Source: Oscillospiraceae bacterium (lineage in GTDB: Bacteria; Bacillota; Clostridia; Oscillospirales; Ruminococcaceae). Taken from it: a DNA stretch of 64,000 bases. Of this stretch, positions 26,480-35,401 are shown piece by piece. Below the pieces are notes generated by a model. The model was not told where the DNA came from, did not search any database, and saw only the letters and a list, made by a program, of their open reading frames with translations. The position numbers were made by a program, and so were the translations under genes. The stretch covers positions 5,360 to 69,359 of the forward strand of contig JAFRAJ010000038.1 in NCBI GenBank assembly GCA_017405465.1, given 5' to 3'. Numbering within the stretch: position 1 is the stretch's first letter; every line of letters begins with the position of its first letter.

Positions 26480-29039
26480 CAGCTTCAGTGTCCTCCTCCT
26501 GCTGATCTCTCGGAAGGATGTCCTCTTCTGTTACAGTAATGATATCCTCATCTGACAGAGCGCTCATATCCTCGGAAGAAGCGATCCTGGCTGACTGTCT
26601 CTCTATGACGCGGTCGCAGAGATTGCGGACTCCGCGCCCGTTGCCGAAATCCGGCCGCTGCATCTCATCTCCGATCCATTCTGTCAGCAGCTCGTCGCCT
26701 GCCTGCAGGATATAGCCGCGCTTTTTCATATTGTAGCGGAACATAGCGGTGAGCTCGTCCAAGGTATAGTCAGGGAATTCCATCTTTTTCGGGAACCTGC
26801 TGTTCAGACCGGGGTTGGTCGCGAGGAATTCCTCCATCTCATCGGTGTATCCGGCGAGGATAACTGCCAGATTGTCTCTGTGATTCTCGATCTCTGCTAC
26901 CAGTGTGGCTACAGCTTCCTTTCCGTAACTGTCCTGATCGTCACTGACAAGAGCGTAGGCTTCGTCAATGAACAGAATGCCTCCCAGAGCGCTCTGGACT
27001 TTTTCACGGACTCGCTGAGCCGTCTCACCCATGTGTTCGCCTATTAGGTCAGCTCTGGTGCACTCCACGAAGGTGTCGGCACGTTTAAGCAGACCTATAT
27101 GATAGTAGATCTCACCTATGAGCCTCGCTACAGTCGTCTTGCCTGTGCCGGGATTTCCGGTGAACACGAGGTTCATGGTATTGCCCTGATCTGCAGTTGA
27201 GAGACCTCTCTTGCGGCTCTCGTTCCATACTGTCATGAGATCCGTCATGACGCGGACTTCCTTCTTTATTGAATCGAGACCGATCAGTGCATCAAGCTTG
27301 TCCAGACTGTCTTGCAGCGTCTCTTCATCAATGGCAAGAGTCCCGAAATCCGAACTCTTCAGCATCCAGAGATCCTCGTCCTTTATGGATTCAATATCCT
27401 TTGAAAGCCTCTCAGCCTGACGCTCTATAGCCTTGTCAAGAAGTCTTCTGGCACAGCGTCCGTTATCGAACCTGTCGTCGACTTTCTGCTTTCCGAACTC
27501 TCTGAGAATGACTTCTCTGGCTGATTCCTCTATGTAAAAGCTCTGCTTCGTTGCCATGGAAACGAGGATGTTGAGCAGATCCTCAAGGCTGTAGTCTGCT
27601 ATATTCAGCCTGTAATCAAAACGGCTGGTGAGTCCCTGGTTGGCTTTCTGAAGCATATTGTCCATGGGCCCTTTATAACCGGCGAAGATCACGCAGTATT
27701 CGCCTCTGTGATCCTCCATGTCCTTGACGAGAGTGTCAAGGGCGATATGACCGAAATCTATCGGAGCGTCTTCCTCGAAAAGCTCATATGCCTCGTCAAC
27801 GAAAAGGGTGCCGCCTGCGGCTGCGTCCAGGATCTTGCGGACATTCTCCTCTGTCTGTCCGACATGAGCTCCGACCAGCCCTGAACGGTCAGTCTCTATG
27901 AATGTGTCTTTCGGCAGTATGCCGGTCTGATAGAGCATGCGGCCGATGATCCTTGCAACAGTGCTCTTGCCTGTGCCGGGATTGCCGCAGATGATGAAGT
28001 TGACTCCTCTGGCGCCTGACTCGAGTCCCAGACGCTCCTTCCTGAGAGCATCGACCTTGAACCGCTTGAAGATGCTGTCAAGCGTCTGTTTGACCTCGTG
28101 CATGCCTATCATGCCCTGAAACAGCTCCTGTATCTCAGGAGAGTATTCATCGTCACGATCATCATGGGGGACCTTGAGCACTCCCTCTTCGGGAGCTTCT
28201 ATTGTGACTGCGGGCTTTTCAGGCTCTTCAGCTGGTTTCGCTTCCTGCTTCAGGGCCTCTTCTGCCAGATGTTCGGTCCTCGGTGCAGGGACGTATGTCT
28301 CTCCGGTGCCGCCGGACGATGCCATAACGGCTTCTTCCGGAGCATTGCCCATGGACAGAACTCTGATCAGCATATTGTGATTGTATTCTGCAGTGACGAC
28401 TCTGCCGTCTTTGAACTTGACCTTATAGACGCCGGTACGTGAAAAACCGTCCCAGTATCCTTCGTAACGGGTCCCTTTGGCATCTGTCAGCACTCCCTTT
28501 CCGCAGGGGCGCCAACCGCCTTCTTCGGTTATGTCTCCTTCATACTCGACGCCGTCAGGGCATCTTATGATGCCGCTCCCGCCGTCGAATCTGTTGTCCT
28601 TCCAGTTCGCGATGATACGGTTTCCGTCCCGCAGTTCCACGGTCTGCATTCCGTTCATACGGTCACCTATGTAGTTTCCTGTGATCGTGCCCTGACCGTC
28701 GGGGAATACCAGTTTTCCGTAGATCCTCTGGTCATTCTCCCAGGTGCCTGTGAACAGAAAACCGTTCTCATAATGCATGGTGCCCTCACCGGAACGCACA
28801 GTGCCTTCCAGCCGGCCTTCATAATATGCCTTGTCGTTATATCTGAGTACGGCGTCTCCCTTGATCTCACCGTTCTCCCAGAGGCCTTCCAGAGTGCGGC
28901 CGTTAGTGAAAGTCTTTTTTCCCAGACCTTCCGGCTCTCCCCGGGAGTTGGTAGCCCCTTCATAATAGGAACCGTCTCTGAACGTGATCTTTTCAGCCAT
29001 GATTCTTCTCCCCGTAATAGAAAGATCTTCAATAATCAT
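26472..29039 (-). CDS. MORN-repeat protein fused to two SpoVK/CbbX/EccA-type AAA+ ATPase modules
   Basis: N-terminal ~235 aa contain YEG..G...G.G-type MORN repeats. Two Walker A motifs (GNPGTGKS, GNPGTGKT), two Walker B motifs (LFVDEAY, LFIDEAY) and RF sensor regions. Acidic C-terminal tail. Confidence 0.8.
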   Translation of the reverse strand: MIIEDLSITGRRIMAEKITFRDGSYYEGATNSRGEPEGLGKKTFTNGRTLEGLWENGEIKGDAVLRYNDKAYYEGRLEGTVRSGEGTMHYENGFLFTGTWENDQRIYGKLVFPDGQGTITGNYIGDRMNGMQTVELRDGNRIIANWKDNRFDGGSGIIRCPDGVEYEGDITEEGGWRPCGKGVLTDAKGTRYEGYWDGFSRTGVYKVKFKDGRVVTAEYNHNMLIRVLSMGNAPEEAVMASSGGTGETYVPAPRTEHLAEEALKQEAKPAEEPEKPAVTIEAPEEGVLKVPHDDRDDEYSPEIQELFQGMIGMHEVKQTLDSIFKRFKVDALRKERLGLESGARGVNFIICGNPGTGKSTVARIIGRMLYQTGILPKDTFIETDRSGLVGAHVGQTEENVRKILDAAAGGTLFVDEAYELFEEDAPIDFGHIALDTLVKDMEDHRGEYCVIFAGYKGPMDNMLQKANQGLTSRFDYRLNIADYSLEDLLNILVSMATKQSFYIEESAREVILREFGKQKVDDRFDNGRCARRLLDKAIERQAERLSKDIESIKDEDLWMLKSSDFGTLAIDEETLQDSLDKLDALIGLDSIKKEVRVMTDLMTVWNESRKRGLSTADQGNTMNLVFTGNPGTGKTTVARLIGEIYYHIGLLKRADTFVECTRADLIGEHMGETAQRVREKVQSALGGILFIDEAYALVSDDQDSYGKEAVATLVAEIENHRDNLAVILAGYTDEMEEFLATNPGLNSRFPKKMEFPDYTLDELTAMFRYNMKKRGYILQAGDELLTEWIGDEMQRPDFGNGRGVRNLCDRVIERQSARIASSEDMSALSDEDIITVTEEDILPRDQQEEDTEADE

Positions 29040-29111
29040 TATACATCCGGAATGACTCCTGGCGAAGAAGCAAGAGCATTGCGAACGGACCTGGTATGGA
29101 GTACACTAAAC

Positions 29112-29136
29112 AAAAAAAGATCCCCGCAGGCGGGGA
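29112..29136 (-). terminator. Minus-strand terminator-like hairpin in the divergent intergenic region
   Basis: TCCCCGC..GCGGGGA hairpin (29121-29136), preceded on the plus strand by A7 (29112-29118), which is a T7 tail on the minus strand. Confidence 0.45.
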
Positions 29137-29154
29137 CAGACGTGGAGATGGAGC

Positions 29155-29862
29155 ATGGATAACGGCGGATTTGAGAGACTGTGGGCTGAATATGTAACGA
29201 GAGTATTCCCGAACTGGCTCAGAGATATAAAGGAACTGTCAGCAGAAACTGCCCGTGAAGGCGATTTCAGTGTAGAGGTCATCTATGACGAGATGGATGG
29301 AATGAGATTCTTCTCGCTGTTCGATTATCCGGGGAATCAGATAGCTGATGATATGGGGGGCAGCGGCAAGGTCGCCGTGATGAGCGCTGAAAAGCTCATG
29401 TCGATCTATCGCAGACAGATGGCGGAGCATCAGCCGGCTTTCCTCTTCTACCGCACGGCAGCCAGTGTGTGCACCAAACTTAAGATGCCTCACGTCAGGA
29501 TATCTTCAGCAAGACCCGAGAGATTCGGGGCCGACCGTGAAGCATTCGCTGACGGGGATACTAATACTATCTACTTTCGCGGGGATGCGATATATTCCAG
29601 GGAGACGTTCTTCCTGCTATGTGTGCTCATAAGGAGTCTCTGGCAGCTCAGAAAAGGGAAGACAGACACTGTGCTGGATGCCGATCCCAAGAGATTCTTC
29701 GGAAGGGAAGGCTGGGATGACAACGCTGTCGATGCTTATGCTTTCGGCGTGCTGATGATGGATGTCCTCTTCCAGATCGGTATGGAATTCGGAGCATGCC
29801 CTGCGGAAGTGAACGACAGGATAATGGCAAGATACAAAGAGCTTGCGGAAGAACTGTACTGA
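29155..29862 (+). CDS. Hypothetical protein
   Basis: 235-aa ORF with a GGAGA RBS region upstream. No motif recognised. Confidence 0.55.
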   Translation: MDNGGFERLWAEYVTRVFPNWLRDIKELSAETAREGDFSVEVIYDEMDGMRFFSLFDYPGNQIADDMGGSGKVAVMSAEKLMSIYRRQMAEHQPAFLFYRTAASVCTKLKMPHVRISSARPERFGADREAFADGDTNTIYFRGDAIYSRETFFLLCVLIRSLWQLRKGKTDTVLDADPKRFFGREGWDDNAVDAYAFGVLMMDVLFQIGMEFGACPAEVNDRIMARYKELAEELY

Positions 29863-29878
29863 AATAGGATATAAAAAA

Positions 29879-29906
29879 CAGGACCTGCTGAATTCAGCAG
29901 GTCCTG
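29879..29906. terminator. Bidirectional terminator between convergent genes
   Basis: CAGGACCTGCTG AATT CAGCAGGTCCTG perfect 12-bp stem, flanked by an A-run and a T-rich tail. Confidence 0.75.
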
Positions 29907-29925
29907 TGTGTTTCTCAGGAAGAGA

Positions 29926-31446
29926 TTACTTTACGTCGTAGAAATACGGTGCAAAGGGGGTGTCTCTCTCATCCGGTACGTCGGCATAGATTCCAACGTA
30001 ACGGCAGAACTCTTTGAGTCTTCTGGTGACGTGGGGGCCGCCTTCCATCTCAACCATGTGATGGACATATGGTCCGTAAACTGTCGCCTGCTCGAACTTC
30101 TGCCAATCCTTGAACTCGCCCCAGATGTAGTGCTGCTTGGTGAAGGGGCCATCAACGGCCTTGAATTCGCCGATCAGCATGGAGTACTTGCCGTTCATTG
30201 TGTCGAAGCGGGCGATGGAGTAATCACCCTTCTTGACTTCCAGACCGGTCTGGGCGCCCCAGCCGCTGTTGATGATGTAGGGCTCGAAGTTGTCGTTACC
30301 GGCAATGGCGGGCGGATATACCGCGGTGTGCCAGATGAGCTCTGCGTTGGGGTTGGTCGGATGGTTTGCGGTGAACTCGCCGAAGAACGGGAGCTTCTCA
30401 CCGAACACTGCGCTGGAGAGAAGGACCTCGGTGATTCCACCGTGCATGTCGCCTTCGAACATGACGAACTTGTTCTCGTTGGCGAGCATCATGATGTCAG
30501 CTGTGGAGCTCGGTCCGATTGCTCTTGAGAAGCTCATGTCGCATGCGATAGCGGATGCGCCTGTTGTCTCAAACAGTTCCTTATAGAACAGATAGCAGGC
30601 TGCGGAGTTTCTGAGTGCCTCAGACGTCCTGGCTTCCTCGATGTCACCAGCCTTGAAATAGGTCAGGAACTTGTCGACGATGCCCTGGAGCTCATCAGCG
30701 CGTCTCTCTTTGACTTCCAGAAGCCTTCTGGTGGCTTCGGGTCCGGAGAGCGGGAATACTTCGATTCCGAACTTCTCGAGAAGTTCGTCTTCGTTGAACA
30801 TCATGGATGTGAATGCGAGAGGACGGTTGCCCAGCTGCATCAGACGCATGTTCTTCCAGTTCTTGAGCATGCAGGTGACAGCGCTGAAGTCCTCGAGACC
30901 GGTCTTGAACACTTCATCGGTGACCTTGCAGGTCGGGATGTGTGTGAACTTGACGCCATATCTCTGGAGGATCTTGGAAACTGCGAACATACCGCACTGA
31001 GCATCCAGCAGACGGCCGCCGTTGGCTTCATCATGAAGATCGGTGGCGTCGGGATCTCCGAAGTACGTGTCCTGAACTGCCCACAGAAGTGTGGGGAGAT
31101 CCATGAGCTTCGCGAGTCTTCCGGCGACTTCTTCGCTTCCGAAGTTCAGGTTGATGATGAACAGAGCATCGGGTTTCTGAGCCTTCAGATATTCAGCGAT
31201 GGAATCAGCCTGGGAATAGTCATACATCATGCCGTCCTCATCCCAACCATCAAGAGTGATGAATTCGACATGCTCATTTGCGAAATGCTCAAAGATATAG
31301 GGGAGGACTTCGTTCTTGACATCAAGAGCGGCCTCTCTGCCCCACATCATGCGCCTTCTGGGCGCCTGACCGTTTCTGCCGGGCATCATTCCGGGCATGT
31401 TACGGCGGCAAGGGGCAATAGCGATTTTGACTTTGTAGCTTACCAT
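29926..31446 (-). CDS. L-fucose/L-arabinose isomerase-family protein (divergent), substrate unknown
   Basis: 506 aa. N-terminal Rossmann-like IAIAP.. block, a central region, and a C-terminal GPYVHHMVEMEGG block resembling the FucI/AraA C-terminal domain. Confidence 0.6.
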   Translation of the reverse strand: MVSYKVKIAIAPCRRNMPGMMPGRNGQAPRRRMMWGREAALDVKNEVLPYIFEHFANEHVEFITLDGWDEDGMMYDYSQADSIAEYLKAQKPDALFIINLNFGSEEVAGRLAKLMDLPTLLWAVQDTYFGDPDATDLHDEANGGRLLDAQCGMFAVSKILQRYGVKFTHIPTCKVTDEVFKTGLEDFSAVTCMLKNWKNMRLMQLGNRPLAFTSMMFNEDELLEKFGIEVFPLSGPEATRRLLEVKERRADELQGIVDKFLTYFKAGDIEEARTSEALRNSAACYLFYKELFETTGASAIACDMSFSRAIGPSSTADIMMLANENKFVMFEGDMHGGITEVLLSSAVFGEKLPFFGEFTANHPTNPNAELIWHTAVYPPAIAGNDNFEPYIINSGWGAQTGLEVKKGDYSIARFDTMNGKYSMLIGEFKAVDGPFTKQHYIWGEFKDWQKFEQATVYGPYVHHMVEMEGGPHVTRRLKEFCRYVGIYADVPDERDTPFAPYFYDVK

Positions 31447-31765
31447 TTACGATTGCGGACTCCTTTCTTTTCGTACATTGTTAATTACACCGCAAAAACG
31501 TACATATTTCAAGACCAATTTGGTGCGGATAGACCGTACAACTTCCGTGACGGGCACCTAAAACTACACTTTTCGGATAATGCCGGATTAAATCAATACA
31601 AAATGCTCTTCGATCCTCAAAGGTTGTACGTAAAACGGGAAATTTCATGGTGAAATTGACTAATTTACAGGCACAATTTTGTACAGCCGACAATGTGCAT
31701 GGAAGACCACAAAAAGCATACAATATATCTAGTGAAAAAGCGAAAATCAGCGGAGGTGTGTAGTC

Positions 31766-33247
31766 ATGTATTATATCGGAATAGACGTCGGCACATCCGC
31801 CACGAAGCTCCTTTTAGTGGACGAAGACGGAAAGATACTGAGACAGGTCACCCGTGAGTATCCGCTCTATATGCCGCTGCCCGGCTGGAGCGAACAGGAT
31901 CCCATGGACTGGTGGAGCGCGTGCCTTATCGGCACTGAGGAACTGATGAGAGGTTTCGACCGCTCCCAGGTAGCGGGTATCGGCTGCGGGGGACAGATGC
32001 ACGGTCTGGTCGTACTGGACAGCGACGACAATATCATCCGCAACTGCATCCTATGGAACGACGGGAGGACTGCGGACGAAGTAGATTATCTTAATGAGAC
32101 GATCGGCAGGGAGAAGATATCAGGACTGACTGCGAACATTGCGTTCGCTGGATTTACTGCGCCGAAACTTCTCTGGATGAAAAAGAACGAACCGGAGAAT
32201 TTCGCCAGGATCAGCAAGATCATGCTCCCCAAGGACTATATCAACTATAAACTCACCGGAGTGCACTCCTGCGACTATTCTGACGCTTCCGGAATGCTTC
32301 TTCTTGACGTCAAGAACAAGAAATGGTCGAAGGAGATGCTGGACATATGCTCCGTGACCGAAGAACAGATGCCGAAGCTTTTTGAGAGCTACGAAGTCAT
32401 CGGGACACTGCGTCCGGAGATCGCTACTGCGCTGAACCTGCCGCAGAGCGTAAAGGTGGTTGCAGGCGCAGGCGACAACGCTGCTTCTGCAGTCGGAACA
32501 GGCACAGTCGGCCCCGGAAACTGCAACATCTCCATCGGAACGTCGGGAACGGTGTTCGTATCATCCGACAAGTTCCATTACGCGGAGGGAAATGCCCTTC
32601 ACTCATTCGCGCATGCCGACGGCGGCTATCATCTCATGGGATGCATGCTCTCTGCAGCTTCATGCAATAAATGGTTCTGCGATGAGATACTGCACGAGAC
32701 GGATTATGATGCGGTTCAGCGTGAGATAGATACGTCAGCGCTGGGCGAGAATCCGGTATTCTTCCTGCCGTACCTGATGGGTGAGCGCAGTCCGATAAAC
32801 GACACTGATGCCAGAGGCGTGTTCCTCGGCATGAGCATGAACACGACAAGGGCTGAGATGGTACAGGCCGTACTGGAAGGCGTGGCATTTGCGATCAAGG
32901 ACAATCTGGAAGCTGCGAAGATCGCGGGAGAGAAGATCGAACGCTCCAAGATATGCGGAGGCGGCACCAGATCCAAGATATGGCGGACGATATTCTCTGC
33001 GGTGCTCAATATACCGCTCGATATTCCCGTGACGGAAGAAGGTCCGTCATACGGCGGCGCGATGCTCGCCATGGTAGGTACTGGACTCTTCCCGGACGTC
33101 AGGACATGCGCTTCGGCGCTGACCAGAGTAAAGGAGACCATACTTCCCGATCCTGCGCTGGCTGAGAAATATGCAGAGAGATATAAGGAATATAAAACTC
33201 TTTATCCTTCACTCAGAGATGTGTTCAGAAGGATGAGAAGACAGTGA
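31766..33247 (+). CDS. xylB: Xylulokinase (FGGY family)
   Basis: YYIGIDVGTSATKLLLVD, GWSEQDP.DWW, GGQMHGLVVLD, ILWNDGRT motifs. Confidence 0.85.
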   Translation: MYYIGIDVGTSATKLLLVDEDGKILRQVTREYPLYMPLPGWSEQDPMDWWSACLIGTEELMRGFDRSQVAGIGCGGQMHGLVVLDSDDNIIRNCILWNDGRTADEVDYLNETIGREKISGLTANIAFAGFTAPKLLWMKKNEPENFARISKIMLPKDYINYKLTGVHSCDYSDASGMLLLDVKNKKWSKEMLDICSVTEEQMPKLFESYEVIGTLRPEIATALNLPQSVKVVAGAGDNAASAVGTGTVGPGNCNISIGTSGTVFVSSDKFHYAEGNALHSFAHADGGYHLMGCMLSAASCNKWFCDEILHETDYDAVQREIDTSALGENPVFFLPYLMGERSPINDTDARGVFLGMSMNTTRAEMVQAVLEGVAFAIKDNLEAAKIAGEKIERSKICGGGTRSKIWRTIFSAVLNIPLDIPVTEEGPSYGGAMLAMVGTGLFPDVRTCASALTRVKETILPDPALAEKYAERYKEYKTLYPSLRDVFRRMRRQ

Positions 33248-33311
33248 AAATATCCGGTGAAACCGGGTAATAATATAAGCACAAACAAAAATGCATAAAG
33301 GAGATCTTACA

Positions 33312-34787
33312 ATGCAGAATATCCCTGTAGTAAAACTCGGAATCGTTGCGGTCAGCCGTGACTGTTTCCCAATCGGACTCTCCATCGCGAGGCGCGAAGC
33401 CATCATGAAGGCCTATAAGGGCGAACTCTATGAGTGCCCCGTGACAGTCGAGAACGAACTCGATATGCTCAAGGCCGTGGAAGATGTCAACAAGGCCGGA
33501 TGCAATGCTCTGGTAGTCTTCCTCGGAAACTTCGGACCTGAGACCCCCGAGACCCTCATCGCCAAGAACTTTGACGGACCCTGCATGTTCGTGTCCGCGG
33601 CGGAAGGCGACGGAGACCTCATCAACGGAAGAGGCGACGCATACTGCGGAATGCTCAACTGCTCATACAACCTGGGTATGAGACATCTCACCGGATACAT
33701 CCCGGAGTATCCCGTAGGCACCAGCGATGACATCGCTGCGATGATCGCCGATTTCGTACCGATCGCAAGAGCTGTCATAGGTGTCAAGAACCTCAAGATC
33801 ATATCCTTCGGTCCCCGTCCGCAGGACTTCTTCGCGTGCAACGCACCCATCAAGGGACTTTATGAGCTGGGCGTGGAGATCGAAGAGAACTCCGAGCTCG
33901 ACCTGCTGGTAAGCTACAAGGCACACGCCGGCGACAAGAGGATCCCCGAAGTCTGCGAAGACATGGCAAAAGAGATGGGCGAAGGCCGTTATTATCCCGA
34001 ACTCCTTGAGAGGATGGCGCAGTTCGAACTGACGCTCCTCGACTGGGCAGAGCAGCACAAGGGAGCCAGAAAGTATGTCGCATTCGCCGACAAATGCTGG
34101 CCCGCATTCCCGGAGCAGTTCGGATTTGAACCCTGCTTCGTCAACTCCAGACTTGCCACCCGCGGCATCCCGGTTTCCTGCGAAGTCGACATCTACGGCG
34201 TTCTTTCCGAGTACATCGGCGCCTGCGTCAGCGCTGACGCAGTGACCCTGCTCGACATCAACAACTCCGTACCGAAGTCCATGTGGGAAGAGAGCATCAA
34301 GGGCAAATATGACTATGTTCTCACCGATACATTCATGGGATTCCACTGCGGCAACACCCCCAGCTGCAAGATGTGCGCTGACAGAGCCATCAAGTATCAG
34401 CTCATTCAGCACAGACTTCTTGAGCCGGAAGGATCCGAGCCTGACTTCACCAGAGGAACTCTGGAAGGCGACATCGCCCCCGGCGACATCACCTTCTTCC
34501 GTCTGCAGTGTGACAGCGAAGGTGTTCTCCGCTCCTACATCGCAGAAGGCGAAGTCCTGCCTGTGGCCACCGGAAGTTTCGGCGGCATCGGCGTGTTCGC
34601 CATCCCTGAGATGGGCCGCTTCTACAGGCACGTTCTCATCGAGAAGAGATATCCTCACCACGGCGCCGTGGCGTTCGGCCATCACGGAAAAGCTCTCTTC
34701 GAGGTCTTCAAGTTCCTCGGAGTCGGCGATATCCAGTACAACAGACCGAAGAGCCTGCCGTATCCCACAGAGAATCCTTTTGCATAA
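33312..34787 (+). CDS. L-fucose/L-arabinose isomerase-family protein, substrate unknown
   Basis: Start at MQNIPVVKLGIVAVS (AAGGAG RBS upstream). GNFGPE, DAYCGMLN and C-terminal YPHHGAVAFGHHG blocks typical of this isomerase superfamily. Confidence 0.65.
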   Translation: MQNIPVVKLGIVAVSRDCFPIGLSIARREAIMKAYKGELYECPVTVENELDMLKAVEDVNKAGCNALVVFLGNFGPETPETLIAKNFDGPCMFVSAAEGDGDLINGRGDAYCGMLNCSYNLGMRHLTGYIPEYPVGTSDDIAAMIADFVPIARAVIGVKNLKIISFGPRPQDFFACNAPIKGLYELGVEIEENSELDLLVSYKAHAGDKRIPEVCEDMAKEMGEGRYYPELLERMAQFELTLLDWAEQHKGARKYVAFADKCWPAFPEQFGFEPCFVNSRLATRGIPVSCEVDIYGVLSEYIGACVSADAVTLLDINNSVPKSMWEESIKGKYDYVLTDTFMGFHCGNTPSCKMCADRAIKYQLIQHRLLEPEGSEPDFTRGTLEGDIAPGDITFFRLQCDSEGVLRSYIAEGEVLPVATGSFGGIGVFAIPEMGRFYRHVLIEKRYPHHGAVAFGHHGKALFEVFKFLGVGDIQYNRPKSLPYPTENPFA

Positions 34788-34814
34788 AAACAACTGTGGC
34801 ATGACCATATAGAC

Positions 34815-34845
34815 AGCCGCCCCGTTCTTTCTGAACGGGGCGGCT
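34815..34845 (+). terminator. GC-rich hairpin after the isomerase gene (no clear T-run)
   Basis: AGCCGCCCCGTT (34815-34826) pairs with AACGGGGCGGCT (34834-34845). Confidence 0.5.
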
Positions 34846-34903
34846 TGCCCGAAGCGGTATATTATAGGAAGGAAAGCGGGATGCAGTTCCCGCAGCAGAA
34901 CTG

Positions 34904-35380
34904 ATGGAAAGGATCGAACTGGACGGCAGGATCGGACTGACGCTGCCGGACGGATTCCATGTGATGCAGGAAGATGAGAAGAGGAAGCTCAGACTGGTAG
35001 CAGAAGGAGAATATGCAGCGTTTGCTGATCCTGCAAGGCATATCACTGCGACAGTGGGCTGGAGAGATATCGGTCTTGTATCGGCGCTTCTCGTAAGTTC
35101 TTCCGATGCTGCTCAGTCAGCGCAGAAGCAGATCGCAGCAGCCATGAGGGAATACAGGTACGAGCTGTCCGGCTTCCTGCAGAGGGATATCCTCGGCGGA
35201 AAAGCAGGAGGCTTCAGATACACATACGAGGCCGGAGGTTCCGGTATGAGCGGCGAGACGTTTGCTTTGAAATACGGGAAAAGGATGTACTACTTTAACG
35301 TATATTACAGGACCGTTCTTGCCAGTGAGAGCCGGAAGACCTGGGAGGAAATACTGGATTCGGTTTCTGATCTGAAGTGA
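34904..35380 (+). CDS. Hypothetical protein
   Basis: 158-aa ORF, no recognised motif. Confidence 0.5.
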   Translation: MERIELDGRIGLTLPDGFHVMQEDEKRKLRLVAEGEYAAFADPARHITATVGWRDIGLVSALLVSSSDAAQSAQKQIAAAMREYRYELSGFLQRDILGGKAGGFRYTYEAGGSGMSGETFALKYGKRMYYFNVYYRTVLASESRKTWEEILDSVSDLK

Positions 35381-35401
35381 AGATCAGAACAGGAGGGATA
35401 A

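Noticed and set aside
29908-31653. Plus-strand ORFs of 206 aa and 237 aa over the 506-aa isomerase-family gene
   Set aside because: They overlap the long minus-strand ORF, which has a coherent start and RBS, while their own starts lie inside terminator or coding sequence. They were judged non-coding.
33663-34808. 381-aa minus-strand ORF antisense to the FucI-family gene
   Set aside because: It lies entirely within, and opposite to, a gene with clear family motifs. Its translation is Arg/Val/Glu/Asp-rich low-information sequence with no RBS, so it is a typical shadow ORF.
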